From positions 19,613 through 83,612 of the forward strand of contig JBGSXW010000003.1 of NCBI GenBank assembly GCA_041751215.1: a DNA stretch of 64,000 nt, written 5' to 3'. The DNA comes from Candidatus Saccharimonadales bacterium (GTDB lineage Bacteria; Patescibacteriota; Saccharimonadia; Saccharimonadales; JBGSXW01). Below the pieces are notes generated by a model, which saw nothing but the letters and a program-made list of their open reading frames with translations, did no database searches and was not told the DNA's origin. Position 1 is the first letter of the stretch, and each line of letters opens with the position of its first letter. This document shows, in pieces, positions 1 through 7,690 of this stretch. A program made the translations under genes and the position numbers.

Positions 1-1
1 G

Positions 2-754
2 GCTGCCACTCCAGCAGTAAAAAACCTAGATCGTACTTTTGAAGTAACTAATATTAATGCCAATCACCATGTTTTAGCTGGACTGGCCTCTGCCGAGTCG
101 GTACTAGAGCCCAAGCAACGAGAGTCCGGAACTGTCGTCGTTGATTTAGGGGCCGGAACAACCAACGTAGTTGTGGTTGAAGAAGATGAGGTCCAACATG
201 TGGCGGTTTTGCCTATTGGTAGTATCAACATTACTAACGATCTAGCAATCGGCCTCAAGACCGATCTTGATGTGGCAGAAGAAGTTAAGCTCAAGCACGC
301 ACGAGTTGGCGGCAGTGATAGCAAGGCTCGAGCTAGGGTAGAAGTTAAAAACGGCGACGAAACCCATCGATTCGAGCGCGAGGACATCGATTCGATCGTG
401 GCAGCGCGGCTAGATGAACTGTTTGATTTAGTAGACAAAGAGCTCCACAAGATTAATCGCTCACGCAAGTTACCAGGCGGCGTAGTTTTAGTTGGTGCCG
501 GCTCACAACTACCAGGAATTGATGATTTCGTTAAAGAAAAGTTAGAGTTGCCAGCGCGGGTTTCAAAGCCCAAGCACTACACCGGAATTATCGATAACAC
601 CGACACGCCAGCTTACGCAGCAGCGGTCGGGCTGATGTTACTTGATTTACAAATGAGCCAACTAACGCGGTCTCATCATAGCGGCGGCTCGCAGCTTAAT
701 GTCGGCGGTTTAGTGGACACAATTAAGTCGGTTATTAATCGACTTCGCCCCTGA
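2..754 (+). CDS. ftsA: Cell division protein FtsA, C-terminal part (5' end outside window)
   Basis: Frame open from the window edge. GTVVVDLGAGTTNVVVVEEDEV..LPIGSINITNDLAIGL and VVLVGAGSQLPGIDDFVKEKLELPARV are actin-fold/FtsA signatures. Directly upstream of ftsZ. TGA stop at 752-754. Confidence 0.85.
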   Translation, partial: AATPAVKNLDRTFEVTNINANHHVLAGLASAESVLEPKQRESGTVVVDLGAGTTNVVVVEEDEVQHVAVLPIGSINITNDLAIGLKTDLDVAEEVKLKHARVGGSDSKARARVEVKNGDETHRFEREDIDSIVAARLDELFDLVDKELHKINRSRKLPGGVVLVGAGSQLPGIDDFVKEKLELPARVSKPKHYTGIIDNTDTPAYAAAVGLMLLDLQMSQLTRSHHSGGSQLNVGGLVDTIKSVINRLRP

Positions 755-909
755 TATCTTCTTGTCACTTTTTGTGACGCAAAACCAGCGGTTTTAGCTG
801 AGGCGGTGAGATAAATAGAGTTTTTTGTATCTGTATTGAATAAATTTTGATTACACTGCGATATAGTTCTTTGTGACCGTGCTTGGCGCTTATGCTTCCG
901 AATAAACAT

Positions 910-938
910 TTGAAACAATTGAGTCATATCTTTATACT
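910..938 (+). promoter_or_regulatory. Candidate sigma70-type promoter for ftsZ
   Basis: TTGAAA (910-915), 17-nt spacer, TATACT (933-938). Lies 44 nt upstream of the ftsZ ATG. Confidence 0.4.
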
Positions 939-981
939 ACAAGTTACTACATTGCTTTTGAACAAGGGGAGGCAAGACGCT

Positions 982-2235
982 ATGCCAGAAGTAGCACCAG
1001 CAATCGAAACATTTGCACGCATTAAAGTTATAGGTGTTGGCGGAGGCGGAGGCGCAGCCGTTAATCGTATGATTGAAGCCGGAGTTCACGGTGTTGAATT
1101 CGTGGCTATTAATACTGATGCGCAAGCTTTGCATCACTCTAAAGCTCAGACCAAACTGCACATTGGTAGAGAGACCACCAAGGGCCTTGGAGCCGGTGCT
1201 GACCCTAGTGTTGGGCAGCAAGCAGCCGAAGAATCTCGCGATGAAATTGGGCGCCTACTTGAGGGCGCAGACATGATTTTTGTAACTTTTGGCGCAGGCG
1301 GCGGTACGGGTAGTGGTGCCGGTCCGGTAGTTGCCGATCTAGCTCGACAAGCTAACATCCTAACCGTTGGAATTGCTACAAAGCCCTTTGCTTTTGAAGG
1401 CGAAAAGCGTCGACGCAACGCCGATCACGCTATCGAAAATCTCACTAAATATGTCGACACACTTATAACCATTCCTAACGATCGTTTGCTGCAGACGATC
1501 GACCGACGCACGCCACTAGTAGAAGCCTTTAAAGTAGCCGATGATGTCTTGCGCCAAGGCGTTCAAGGGATCTCTGATCTGATTACTGTTCACGGCCTAA
1601 TTAACCTCGACTTTGCCGACGTTAAAACTGTTATGAACAACGCCGGAACTGCGCTCATGGGAATCGGACATGCTAGCGGTGATAACCGAGCCGTTGAGGC
1701 CGCCCAGGCCGCTATCGAATCGCCATTGCTTGAGGTTTCGGTTGATGGAGCCCGAGGCGTGCTGTTTAACATCACCGGTGGTCCTGACATGTCGATGCAC
1801 GAGATTAACGAAGCCGCCGAAACCATCACAGGCGCAGTTGATCCTGATGCAAACATTATATTTGGTGCAACCCTTAAAGACTCCATGGCAGATGAAGTTT
1901 CAATCACCGTCATTGCCACTGGATTCGACCCAACCTATTTTGTAAATCGCAACCAAGCGCGAACTACCGGCACATCTGATGAAGAGCCAGAACGCCGCGT
2001 TGAGCCAGAAGAAAAAGCGCCCGATGTTTCGGACATTGATACCGGCAAAAAGCATGAGCCTGAACACATTCAGGCTGCAGCCGAAGAGTTCCAAAAAGAG
2101 GGCGATTCGCCAAACATTTGGGCCTATGAAGCCGAAGAAGACGACAAGTATGAAAAGCCAGCTTTCCTTCGGTTAGGACGCCGCAAGAAGAAAGATGACG
2201 ATAAGTCTGACAACACATCTGATACCGATAAATAA
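982..2235 (+). CDS. ftsZ: Cell division GTPase FtsZ
   Basis: Track ORF 883..2235 trimmed to ATG 982, which follows [26 protein letters not shown] and [15 protein letters not shown] are tubulin-type GTP-binding motifs. Charged C-terminal tail. Confidence 0.97.
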   Translation: MPEVAPAIETFARIKVIGVGGGGGAAVNRMIEAGVHGVEFVAINTDAQALHHSKAQTKLHIGRETTKGLGAGADPSVGQQAAEESRDEIGRLLEGADMIFVTFGAGGGTGSGAGPVVADLARQANILTVGIATKPFAFEGEKRRRNADHAIENLTKYVDTLITIPNDRLLQTIDRRTPLVEAFKVADDVLRQGVQGISDLITVHGLINLDFADVKTVMNNAGTALMGIGHASGDNRAVEAAQAAIESPLLEVSVDGARGVLFNITGGPDMSMHEINEAAETITGAVDPDANIIFGATLKDSMADEVSITVIATGFDPTYFVNRNQARTTGTSDEEPERRVEPEEKAPDVSDIDTGKKHEPEHIQAAAEEFQKEGDSPNIWAYEAEEDDKYEKPAFLRLGRRKKKDDDKSDNTSDTDK

Positions 2236-2259
2236 GTCCATTTTACAACGCAAACAGTA

Positions 2260-2289
2260 TTGCCATGCGGGTAACGCTAGTGCTATCAT
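2260..2289 (+). promoter_or_regulatory. Candidate promoter of the nrdR-nrdJ unit
   Basis: TTGCCA (2260-2265), 18-nt spacer, TATCAT (2284-2289). Confidence 0.3.
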
Positions 2290-2300
2290 CTGAGGTAGAT

Positions 2301-2316
2301 ACACCACATATGGTGA
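2301..2316 (+). promoter_or_regulatory. Putative NrdR box
   Basis: ACACCACATATGGTGA is a near-palindrome (CACCAcATATGGTG). By eye it matches 12/16 positions of the published NrdR-box consensus acaCwAtATaTwGtgt. Lies just downstream of the candidate -10. Confidence 0.45.
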
Positions 2317-2351
2317 TCGATCCTTAACCAAAACATAAACGAAGGAATTTT

Positions 2352-2816
2352 ATGAGGTGTCCTCAGTGTCAAGTTAACGAGTCGAAGGTGGTGGAATCAC
2401 GCGACGTCGCCGAAGGCGAGTCAATTCGCCGTCGTCGTGAGTGTTTGGCTTGTGGGCATCGCTATACCACCTATGAGCGCTTAGAGCGGCCAAATTTGGT
2501 GGTAGTAAAAAACGACGGTACCAGGCAACTTTTTAACCGGGAAAAACTTTTAGCCGGTTTAACTAGGGCCTGCGAAAAAACTCCAGTAACTCACCTCGAA
2601 CTAGAAGAGGTGGTAGCACGGGTAGAAAAGCGACTCCATGAAGCAGGAGACAGTGAGGTGAGCTCCCGCCATATTGGTGAGTTAATCATGAAGGAACTAG
2701 CAGATCTAAATGATGTTGCGTATGTTCGCTTCGCCAGTGTTTATCGGAGATTTACTGACATCGCAAGCTTTGAGCGTGAACTATCACGCATGAAGAATCG
2801 AGAGGGCGGTAGTTAG
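2352..2816 (+). CDS. nrdR: Transcriptional repressor NrdR
   Basis: MRCPQCQ..ESKVVESR..RRRRECLACGHRYTTYERLE is the zinc ribbon, followed by an ATP-cone. SD GAAGGA upstream. Confidence 0.95.
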   Translation: MRCPQCQVNESKVVESRDVAEGESIRRRRECLACGHRYTTYERLERPNLVVVKNDGTRQLFNREKLLAGLTRACEKTPVTHLELEEVVARVEKRLHEAGDSEVSSRHIGELIMKELADLNDVAYVRFASVYRRFTDIASFERELSRMKNREGGS

Positions 2817-2828
2817 AAAAGAGCATAG

Positions 2829-2847
2829 CAGAAGGGCTTCTGTTCTT
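2829..2847 (+). terminator. Weak hairpin after nrdR (possible attenuator)
   Basis: CAGAA-GGGC-TTCTG followed by TTCTT. Confidence 0.2.
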
Positions 2848-2966
2848 CGGGCACGCACAAGTTACTAGGTGGAAGCCTAGTAGGTAGTTGTCGCACTCGG
2901 AGAGGAGCAGCCACGGGAGGTGTGTTCCAAAAGCAAAACATTAAAGTACTTAGTGAGGGTAGCTAA

Positions 2967-5738
2967 ATGGCACAAACAACAGCACTCGGCATACGCCGGC
3001 ACTTTACCAAACCAGGAGTTCAAGCTTACGACATGTTGTCGTGGGTCAAACGCGACTCCATAATCACCAATCCAATGACGGGTAAAAACGTCTTTGAGCA
3101 ACTTGGTGTTGAGTTTCCAGACGACTGGTCACTTAACTCTATTAACATTGTGGCCCAGAAGTACTTTACCGGTACCCCAGGCACTAAGGGTCGAGAAGCT
3201 TCGCTTAAGACTTTAATCGATCGAGTGGCCGACACTATCACTCGTCATGGCTTAAAGGAAGGCTACTTCGTTGATGACGAAGAGGCCGAAACCTTTAACG
3301 CCGAACTAAAATACATACTTGCTACTCAACGTGCCGCCTTTAACTCTCCCGTTTGGTTCAATATTGGTGCTCACGAGCGCTCACAGCAGGCTAGCGCCTG
3401 TTTTATCTTGGCAGTTGATGATGACATGCGCTCAATCCTTAAATGGTACGAGGAAGAGGGAATGATCTTTAAGGGTGGTTCTGGTTCTGGAATCAACCTC
3501 AGTACGCTTAGATCATCACACGAATCTCTTGGCAAAAGCGCTGGAACGGCCTCTGGCCCACTATCGTTTATGCGCGGCGCCGACTCATCGGCTGGAGCAA
3601 TTAAGAGCGGTGGTAAAACTCGCCGAGCCGCCAAGATGGTCATTCTTAACTCCGACCACCCAGACATCGAAGAATTTATCTGGTGCAAAGCCATCGAAGA
3701 GCGTAAAGCTCGAGTTCTACAAACCGCTGGCTACGACATGGACCTTGATGGCAAGGACTCCTTCTCGGTTCAGTACCAAAATGCTAACAACTCAGTGCGC
3801 GTTAACGATGAGTTTATGAAAGCGGTCGAGGAAGATCGAGATTACGATCTTAAAGCCGTTAAAGACGGACGCAAGATTAAGAGCATCTCAGCCAAAGATA
3901 TCTTTAGGCAGGTCGCCGAAGCCGCCTGGGAGTGCGCTGATCCTGGAATGCAGTTTGATACTACAATTAACAAATGGCACACCACGCCCAACGCTGGTCG
4001 CATTAACGGTTCTAACCCTTGCAGCGAGTACATGCACCTGGACAACTCAGCCTGTAACTTAGCTTCGCTTAACTTACTCAAGTTTAGCGACGAAGAAGGC
4101 ACCTTTGATGTCGAAAGCTTTAAGCACACTACCGAGATCATGTTTACAGCTCAAGAAATCTTGGTCGGTTACTCGGTTTATCCAACTGAGCGCATCACCA
4201 AAAACGCTAAGAAATACCGTGAGCTAGGAATTGGCTACGCTAACTTAGGCGCGCTGTTAATGGCTAAGGGTTTACCTTACGACTCCGATGAAGGACGCGC
4301 TTTAGCTGCTACGATTACCGCCATGCTAACTGGTCACTCTTACGCCACTAGCGCCAAGCTAGCTCGCCGCGTCGGTCCGTTTGCCGGCTACCACAAAGAC
4401 CGCGACAACATGATCAACGTCCTTAAGATGCACCGCAACGAAGTTAAGAACATCGACGCTTCATTAGTTCCTGAAGAAATGCTCAGCGCAGCTGCTAGCT
4501 TCTGGGACGAAGCAGTTGAACAGGGTCAGCAGTACGGTGTGCGCAACTCACAAGCCAGCGTCTTGGCGCCTACTGGCACCATTGGCCTGATGATGGACTG
4601 TGACACCACTGGTATCGAGCCAGATCTTGGCTTGGCAAAGACCAAGAAACTGGTCGGCGGCGGAACAATGACCATTGTTAACCAGACCGTTCCTCGAGCC
4701 TTGCGGGCTCTTGGCTACAGCCAGCATCAGATTAACGACATTGTTGAATACATCGACGTCGAAAAGACCATCACCGGCGCACCGCACCTAAAAGAAGAGC
4801 ATCGACCGGTCTTTGCTTGCTCAATGGGCGACAATTCGATTCACTACATGGGTCACGTTAAGATGATGGCTGCTGTCCAGCCATTTATCTCCGGTGCTAT
4901 CTCTAAGACCGTTAACATGCCCGAAGAAGCAACTGTTGAAGACATCGAACAGCTTCACCTCGAAGCCTGGAAGATGGGTCTTAAGGCCGTTGCTATCTAC
5001 CGCGACAACTGTAAGGTTGGTCAACCACTATCGATGACCAAAAAGGCCGGGGCAGAGGACAAACCAGCCGAAGTTGTTGCAGCCGCAGCAGCAGTTGCCG
5101 CTCCAACCACTGCCGGCATCAGGCGCGAACTGCCAAAAGCTCGATCGGGTAAGACCTATGAATTTACCGTCGCTGACGTAAAAGGCTACTTCACAGTAGG
5201 CGAATACGAAGACGGAACTCCTGGCGAACTATTTATGCGAGTTTCTAAGCAGGGATCAACTATGGCCGGGATCATGGATGCGCTAGCTATCTCAGTTAGT
5301 CATGGTTTGCAGCACGGTGTGCCGCTTAGGACTTACGTCAAGGCGCTTACCAACATGAACTTTGCTCCCTCGGGCATGACCGATGACACCGAGATTCGAA
5401 CGGCTTCGTCACTAGTAGACTACGTGTTTAAGAAGCTCGCCCACGAGTATCTACCGTTTGAGGATCGACTAGAACTAGGCCTAGCCTCGCTAGAAGACAT
5501 GCCTGTAGAGCAGCAGTCGTTGCCAGTGGCCGAAGCTGCACCCAAAGAAGCAGTAGCAGCAGTAGCGCCGGAAAAGCCATCCGCAGCAAAGCCAGTTCAA
5601 GCCGAGGAAAAGCCAACAGCTAGCGGCAAGGTGAGTTCTGAAACTGCACCACTGTGCTCTAACTGCGGTAATCTGACGCAGCGAGCGGGATCGTGTTATG
5701 TTTGCACTTCCTGTGGCACCACCAGCGGCTGCTCCTAG
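2967..5738 (+). CDS. nrdJ: Class II (adenosylcobalamin-dependent) ribonucleotide reductase NrdJ
   Basis: 923 aa. GSNPCSEYMHLDNSACNLASLNL is the active-site Cys/Glu region. Also FMRGADSSAGAIKSGGKTRRAAKM. C-terminal Cys4 ribbon CSNCG..CYVCTSCG. Two Ala/Pro/Glu-rich linkers. Confidence 0.93.
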   Translation: MAQTTALGIRRHFTKPGVQAYDMLSWVKRDSIITNPMTGKNVFEQLGVEFPDDWSLNSINIVAQKYFTGTPGTKGREASLKTLIDRVADTITRHGLKEGYFVDDEEAETFNAELKYILATQRAAFNSPVWFNIGAHERSQQASACFILAVDDDMRSILKWYEEEGMIFKGGSGSGINLSTLRSSHESLGKSAGTASGPLSFMRGADSSAGAIKSGGKTRRAAKMVILNSDHPDIEEFIWCKAIEERKARVLQTAGYDMDLDGKDSFSVQYQNANNSVRVNDEFMKAVEEDRDYDLKAVKDGRKIKSISAKDIFRQVAEAAWECADPGMQFDTTINKWHTTPNAGRINGSNPCSEYMHLDNSACNLASLNLLKFSDEEGTFDVESFKHTTEIMFTAQEILVGYSVYPTERITKNAKKYRELGIGYANLGALLMAKGLPYDSDEGRALAATITAMLTGHSYATSAKLARRVGPFAGYHKDRDNMINVLKMHRNEVKNIDASLVPEEMLSAAASFWDEAVEQGQQYGVRNSQASVLAPTGTIGLMMDCDTTGIEPDLGLAKTKKLVGGGTMTIVNQTVPRALRALGYSQHQINDIVEYIDVEKTITGAPHLKEEHRPVFACSMGDNSIHYMGHVKMMAAVQPFISGAISKTVNMPEEATVEDIEQLHLEAWKMGLKAVAIYRDNCKVGQPLSMTKKAGAEDKPAEVVAAAAAVAAPTTAGIRRELPKARSGKTYEFTVADVKGYFTVGEYEDGTPGELFMRVSKQGSTMAGIMDALAISVSHGLQHGVPLRTYVKALTNMNFAPSGMTDDTEIRTASSLVDYVFKKLAHEYLPFEDRLELGLASLEDMPVEQQSLPVAEAAPKEAVAAVAPEKPSAAKPVQAEEKPTASGKVSSETAPLCSNCGNLTQRAGSCYVCTSCGTTSGCS

Positions 5739-5749
5739 AGCACTGCGCC

Positions 5750-5798
5750 GCCTAAAGCCTGCTGTCCGGCAGAGCCGGCCACACTGCTTTAGGCTTTT
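5750..5798 (+). terminator. Candidate intrinsic terminator of nrdJ
   Basis: GCCTAAAGC ... GCTTTAGGC forms a 9-bp stem enclosing an inner CCGG-CAGAG-CCGG hairpin, followed by TTTT. Confidence 0.4.
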
Positions 5799-5896
5799 GG
5801 CGCATTTCGGCGTCAGCGCCTCCGCCACTCCTTCCACCGTACGCTAAGTACGCCTTCGTCCGTTGCTCGGCGCTTCCTTGAACTGCATCCAAACGC
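5766..5896 (-). repeat. GC-rich ~130-nt repeat element, intergenic copy (inverted relative to the ileS copy)
   Basis: The reverse complement of 5818-5868 aligns by hand to 8393-8442 with 39/51 identical columns. Flanking anchors are shared in the same order: CCGGCAG, TTCGGCG and GCATCC. Confidence 0.55.
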
Positions 5897-5902
5897 AGCG
5901 GT

Positions 5903-6610
5903 CTAGGTTGCCAGACCCGAATTAGCACGAACTTTGTATACCAGATGAAGGTATGAATTTCTTAACGGTTTTACATGTGCAAGTTCGAGCATCGTAAGCT
6001 CCTTAAGTTCGGATATCTTAGTTAAGGATGGGCCGTCTATTAAGCTGGGCGTATCTTCACCACCGACCAATAACGGCGCAATCACAATGGAGACTTCGTC
6101 AATTAACTTATCTCTCGTCAACACAGCATTAAGTGTGCCGCCGGACTGAATGGTCAGCTTCCTGACATTAAAGTCTGACCAGAGTTGGCTAAATAGTCCC
6201 TCAAAGTTTATGCGCAGATCAAAATGTATAACCGATAAGTTTTCGTGCTCGATCTTCGTGGCTGGATGATCGTTCTTGGTCGTTACTAGTATTAAACCAG
6301 CGGTTTTCTCTAACAAATGTTCTACGCCTGATTTTGTTAGGTGGGGTTTACTATCAATGAGCACGAAAGTTACAGGTATTTTCTCCTGGAACATGACGCC
6401 CTCGTTTGCGCCCATTTTGGCAAAAACCTTTCCTGAGTTTAAATTGTGCAAGTCGGTTTGTTGCTCTAGCTCATGGAACTGTTTCTTCCCTTGCTTTAAA
6501 TATTCAATGTTTGCAAAGTCTGAGTCAAAATCTAGGACATCTGTGCTGCCTGTCGAAATCTTGCCATCAACTGATATAAGCATAAATAGTGTAGTGTATG
6601 GTCGGTTCAT
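5903..6610 (-). CDS. RibD C-terminal domain / dihydrofolate-reductase-like family protein
   Basis: LFMLISVDGKISTG.. and ..LTIQSGGTLNAVLTRDKLIDEVSIVIAPLLVGG.. are typical of the RibD_C/DHFR-like reductase fold. Confidence 0.7.
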   Translation of the reverse strand: MNRPYTTLFMLISVDGKISTGSTDVLDFDSDFANIEYLKQGKKQFHELEQQTDLHNLNSGKVFAKMGANEGVMFQEKIPVTFVLIDSKPHLTKSGVEHLLEKTAGLILVTTKNDHPATKIEHENLSVIHFDLRINFEGLFSQLWSDFNVRKLTIQSGGTLNAVLTRDKLIDEVSIVIAPLLVGGEDTPSLIDGPSLTKISELKELTMLELAHVKPLRNSYLHLVYKVRANSGLAT

Positions 6611-6616
6611 GCAAAG

Positions 6617-6625
6617 AGTATATCA
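6617..6625 (-). promoter_or_regulatory. Extended -10 box, 6 nt from the start codon (leaderless-type)
   Basis: The minus strand reads TGATATACT, then 6 nt, then the ATG of the 5903..6610 gene. Confidence 0.4.
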
Positions 6626-6639
6626 GCACAAGATGCTCG

Positions 6640-6648
6640 TGCTAAAAT
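6640..6648 (+). promoter_or_regulatory. Extended -10 box, 6 nt from the start codon (leaderless-type)
   Basis: TGCTAAAAT, then AGGGGC, then ATG at 6655. Confidence 0.4.
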
Positions 6649-6654
6649 AGGGGC

Positions 6655-6930
6655 ATGAAAGCCAAGATTCTTTATCACCCAGAAAGTGATCATGCGCGGA
6701 TGGTTACTGATTACGCCAGAGACTTTGAGCGGCAGGTTGGGCGGCCTTTAGAGTTAATAAGCCTAGAAACGCCTGCTGGTAGTGATCTGGCGCAGCTCCA
6801 CGACGTGACGCAGTATCCGGCTATTTTAGCGACGGATGACGAAGGCAAGTTGCTTCAAATGTGGCAGGGCGAGAAGTTTCCCATGATTCGAGAAGTAGGC
6901 TACTACCAATCTGGCCACTCGCGGCCATAG
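6655..6930 (+). CDS. Hypothetical small protein (91 aa)
   Basis: Clean ORF with a promoter-like motif. No family recognised. Size and alternating pattern are loosely thioredoxin-fold-like, but there is no CxxC. Confidence 0.5.
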   Translation: MKAKILYHPESDHARMVTDYARDFERQVGRPLELISLETPAGSDLAQLHDVTQYPAILATDDEGKLLQMWQGEKFPMIREVGYYQSGHSRP

Positions 6931-6934
6931 CGGC

Positions 6935-6945
6935 TGATATATACT
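6935..6945 (+). promoter_or_regulatory. Extended -10 region, 6 nt from the start codon (leaderless-type)
   Basis: TGATATATACT, then GTCTCC, then ATG at 6952. Confidence 0.4.
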
Positions 6946-6951
6946 GTCTCC

Positions 6952-7608
6952 ATGGCTTACAGCAAAGAGGCGTATGAATTACTAAAAGAGATCGAGTTCT
7001 TATATGAGCGATATTCTCATGAGCTTAGAGCCACGACCCAGCCCTTCTTGTTAAAAAGAGTGCAAAGTAATGTCAAAAACTATAAGTATCACCCCGAGGA
7101 CCTAGTAGTTCGGGAAACTTTACTCGAGCACATCGGCTCACTACCAATGACGGCGGTTGCGTTCTACCCTTTTATCAACGATAAGGATGTTGATCTGGGC
7201 AAAGCGCTCTCAATGTTGGCCATTCACGACATCGGTGAGCTAATTACAGGTGACGAAATCACATTTACCAAGAAGCAAGACAGTAAAAAAGCAGAATATG
7301 AGGCAGCGCTAAAGTTATTGCACTCGTCTTACCACGAACTGTATGAAGAAACAGAGAAGCGCACGTCGAAATCCGCACTGTTCGCTAAAGCAATCGATAA
7401 AATCACACCTGACATAATCGATTATCTTACTCCAGCCGATATAACCATTTGGCGCTACGAGCACTTCGTGAATATGGCAGGGGATAAGGTTGTCGATATG
7501 ATCGTGGAGCACAAGCGTCCGTACATGCTATGGAATCCTTTCATGACAGAATTTCATAAACTACTCATGGATGAACTAGAGAAGAAACTAGCTGCAGCAA
7601 TAAAGTAA
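6952..7608 (+). CDS. HD-domain phosphohydrolase family protein
   Basis: LLEHIGSL.. (His) and LSMLAIHDIGELITGD (HD dyad), with a later FAKAIDKITPD. This is the HD/YfbR-like pattern. Confidence 0.7.
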   Translation: MAYSKEAYELLKEIEFLYERYSHELRATTQPFLLKRVQSNVKNYKYHPEDLVVRETLLEHIGSLPMTAVAFYPFINDKDVDLGKALSMLAIHDIGELITGDEITFTKKQDSKKAEYEAALKLLHSSYHELYEETEKRTSKSALFAKAIDKITPDIIDYLTPADITIWRYEHFVNMAGDKVVDMIVEHKRPYMLWNPFMTEFHKLLMDELEKKLAAAIK

Positions 7609-7690
7609 TGACAGATGGTTGTGTTGCGCTCGCGACCCTACCTCAGTTATAGTTAGTTGAAACTCCGTCAAAGTGCGGATCTGGAGACCT

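Noticed and set aside
64-573. 169-aa minus-strand ORF overlapping ftsA, and many similar antisense or out-of-frame track ORFs (e.g. 1146-1418, 3371-3694, 5490-5837, 8344-8556, 15655-16026, 18075-18503, 27864-28307, 41977-42321, 52514-53008)
   Set aside because: Each lies entirely inside a gene with strong family signatures on the other strand or frame. Their translations are low-complexity Ser/Arg/Pro-rich shadows, typical of GC-rich or repetitive coding DNA.
883-981. N-terminal 33-codon extension of ftsZ from a TTG at 883
   Set aside because: The extension has no FtsZ homology and would overlap the candidate promoter. ATG 982 has a strong AAGGGGAGG SD and gives the canonical FtsZ N-terminus.
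2817-2966. Cobalamin riboswitch in front of the B12-dependent nrdJ
   Set aside because: The spacer is only 150 nt. I find no B12-box-like sequence and no multi-helix junction layout.
7609-7690. T-box or other leader upstream of ileS
   Set aside because: The spacer is only about 80 nt and has no T-box consensus. It is too short for that class of element.
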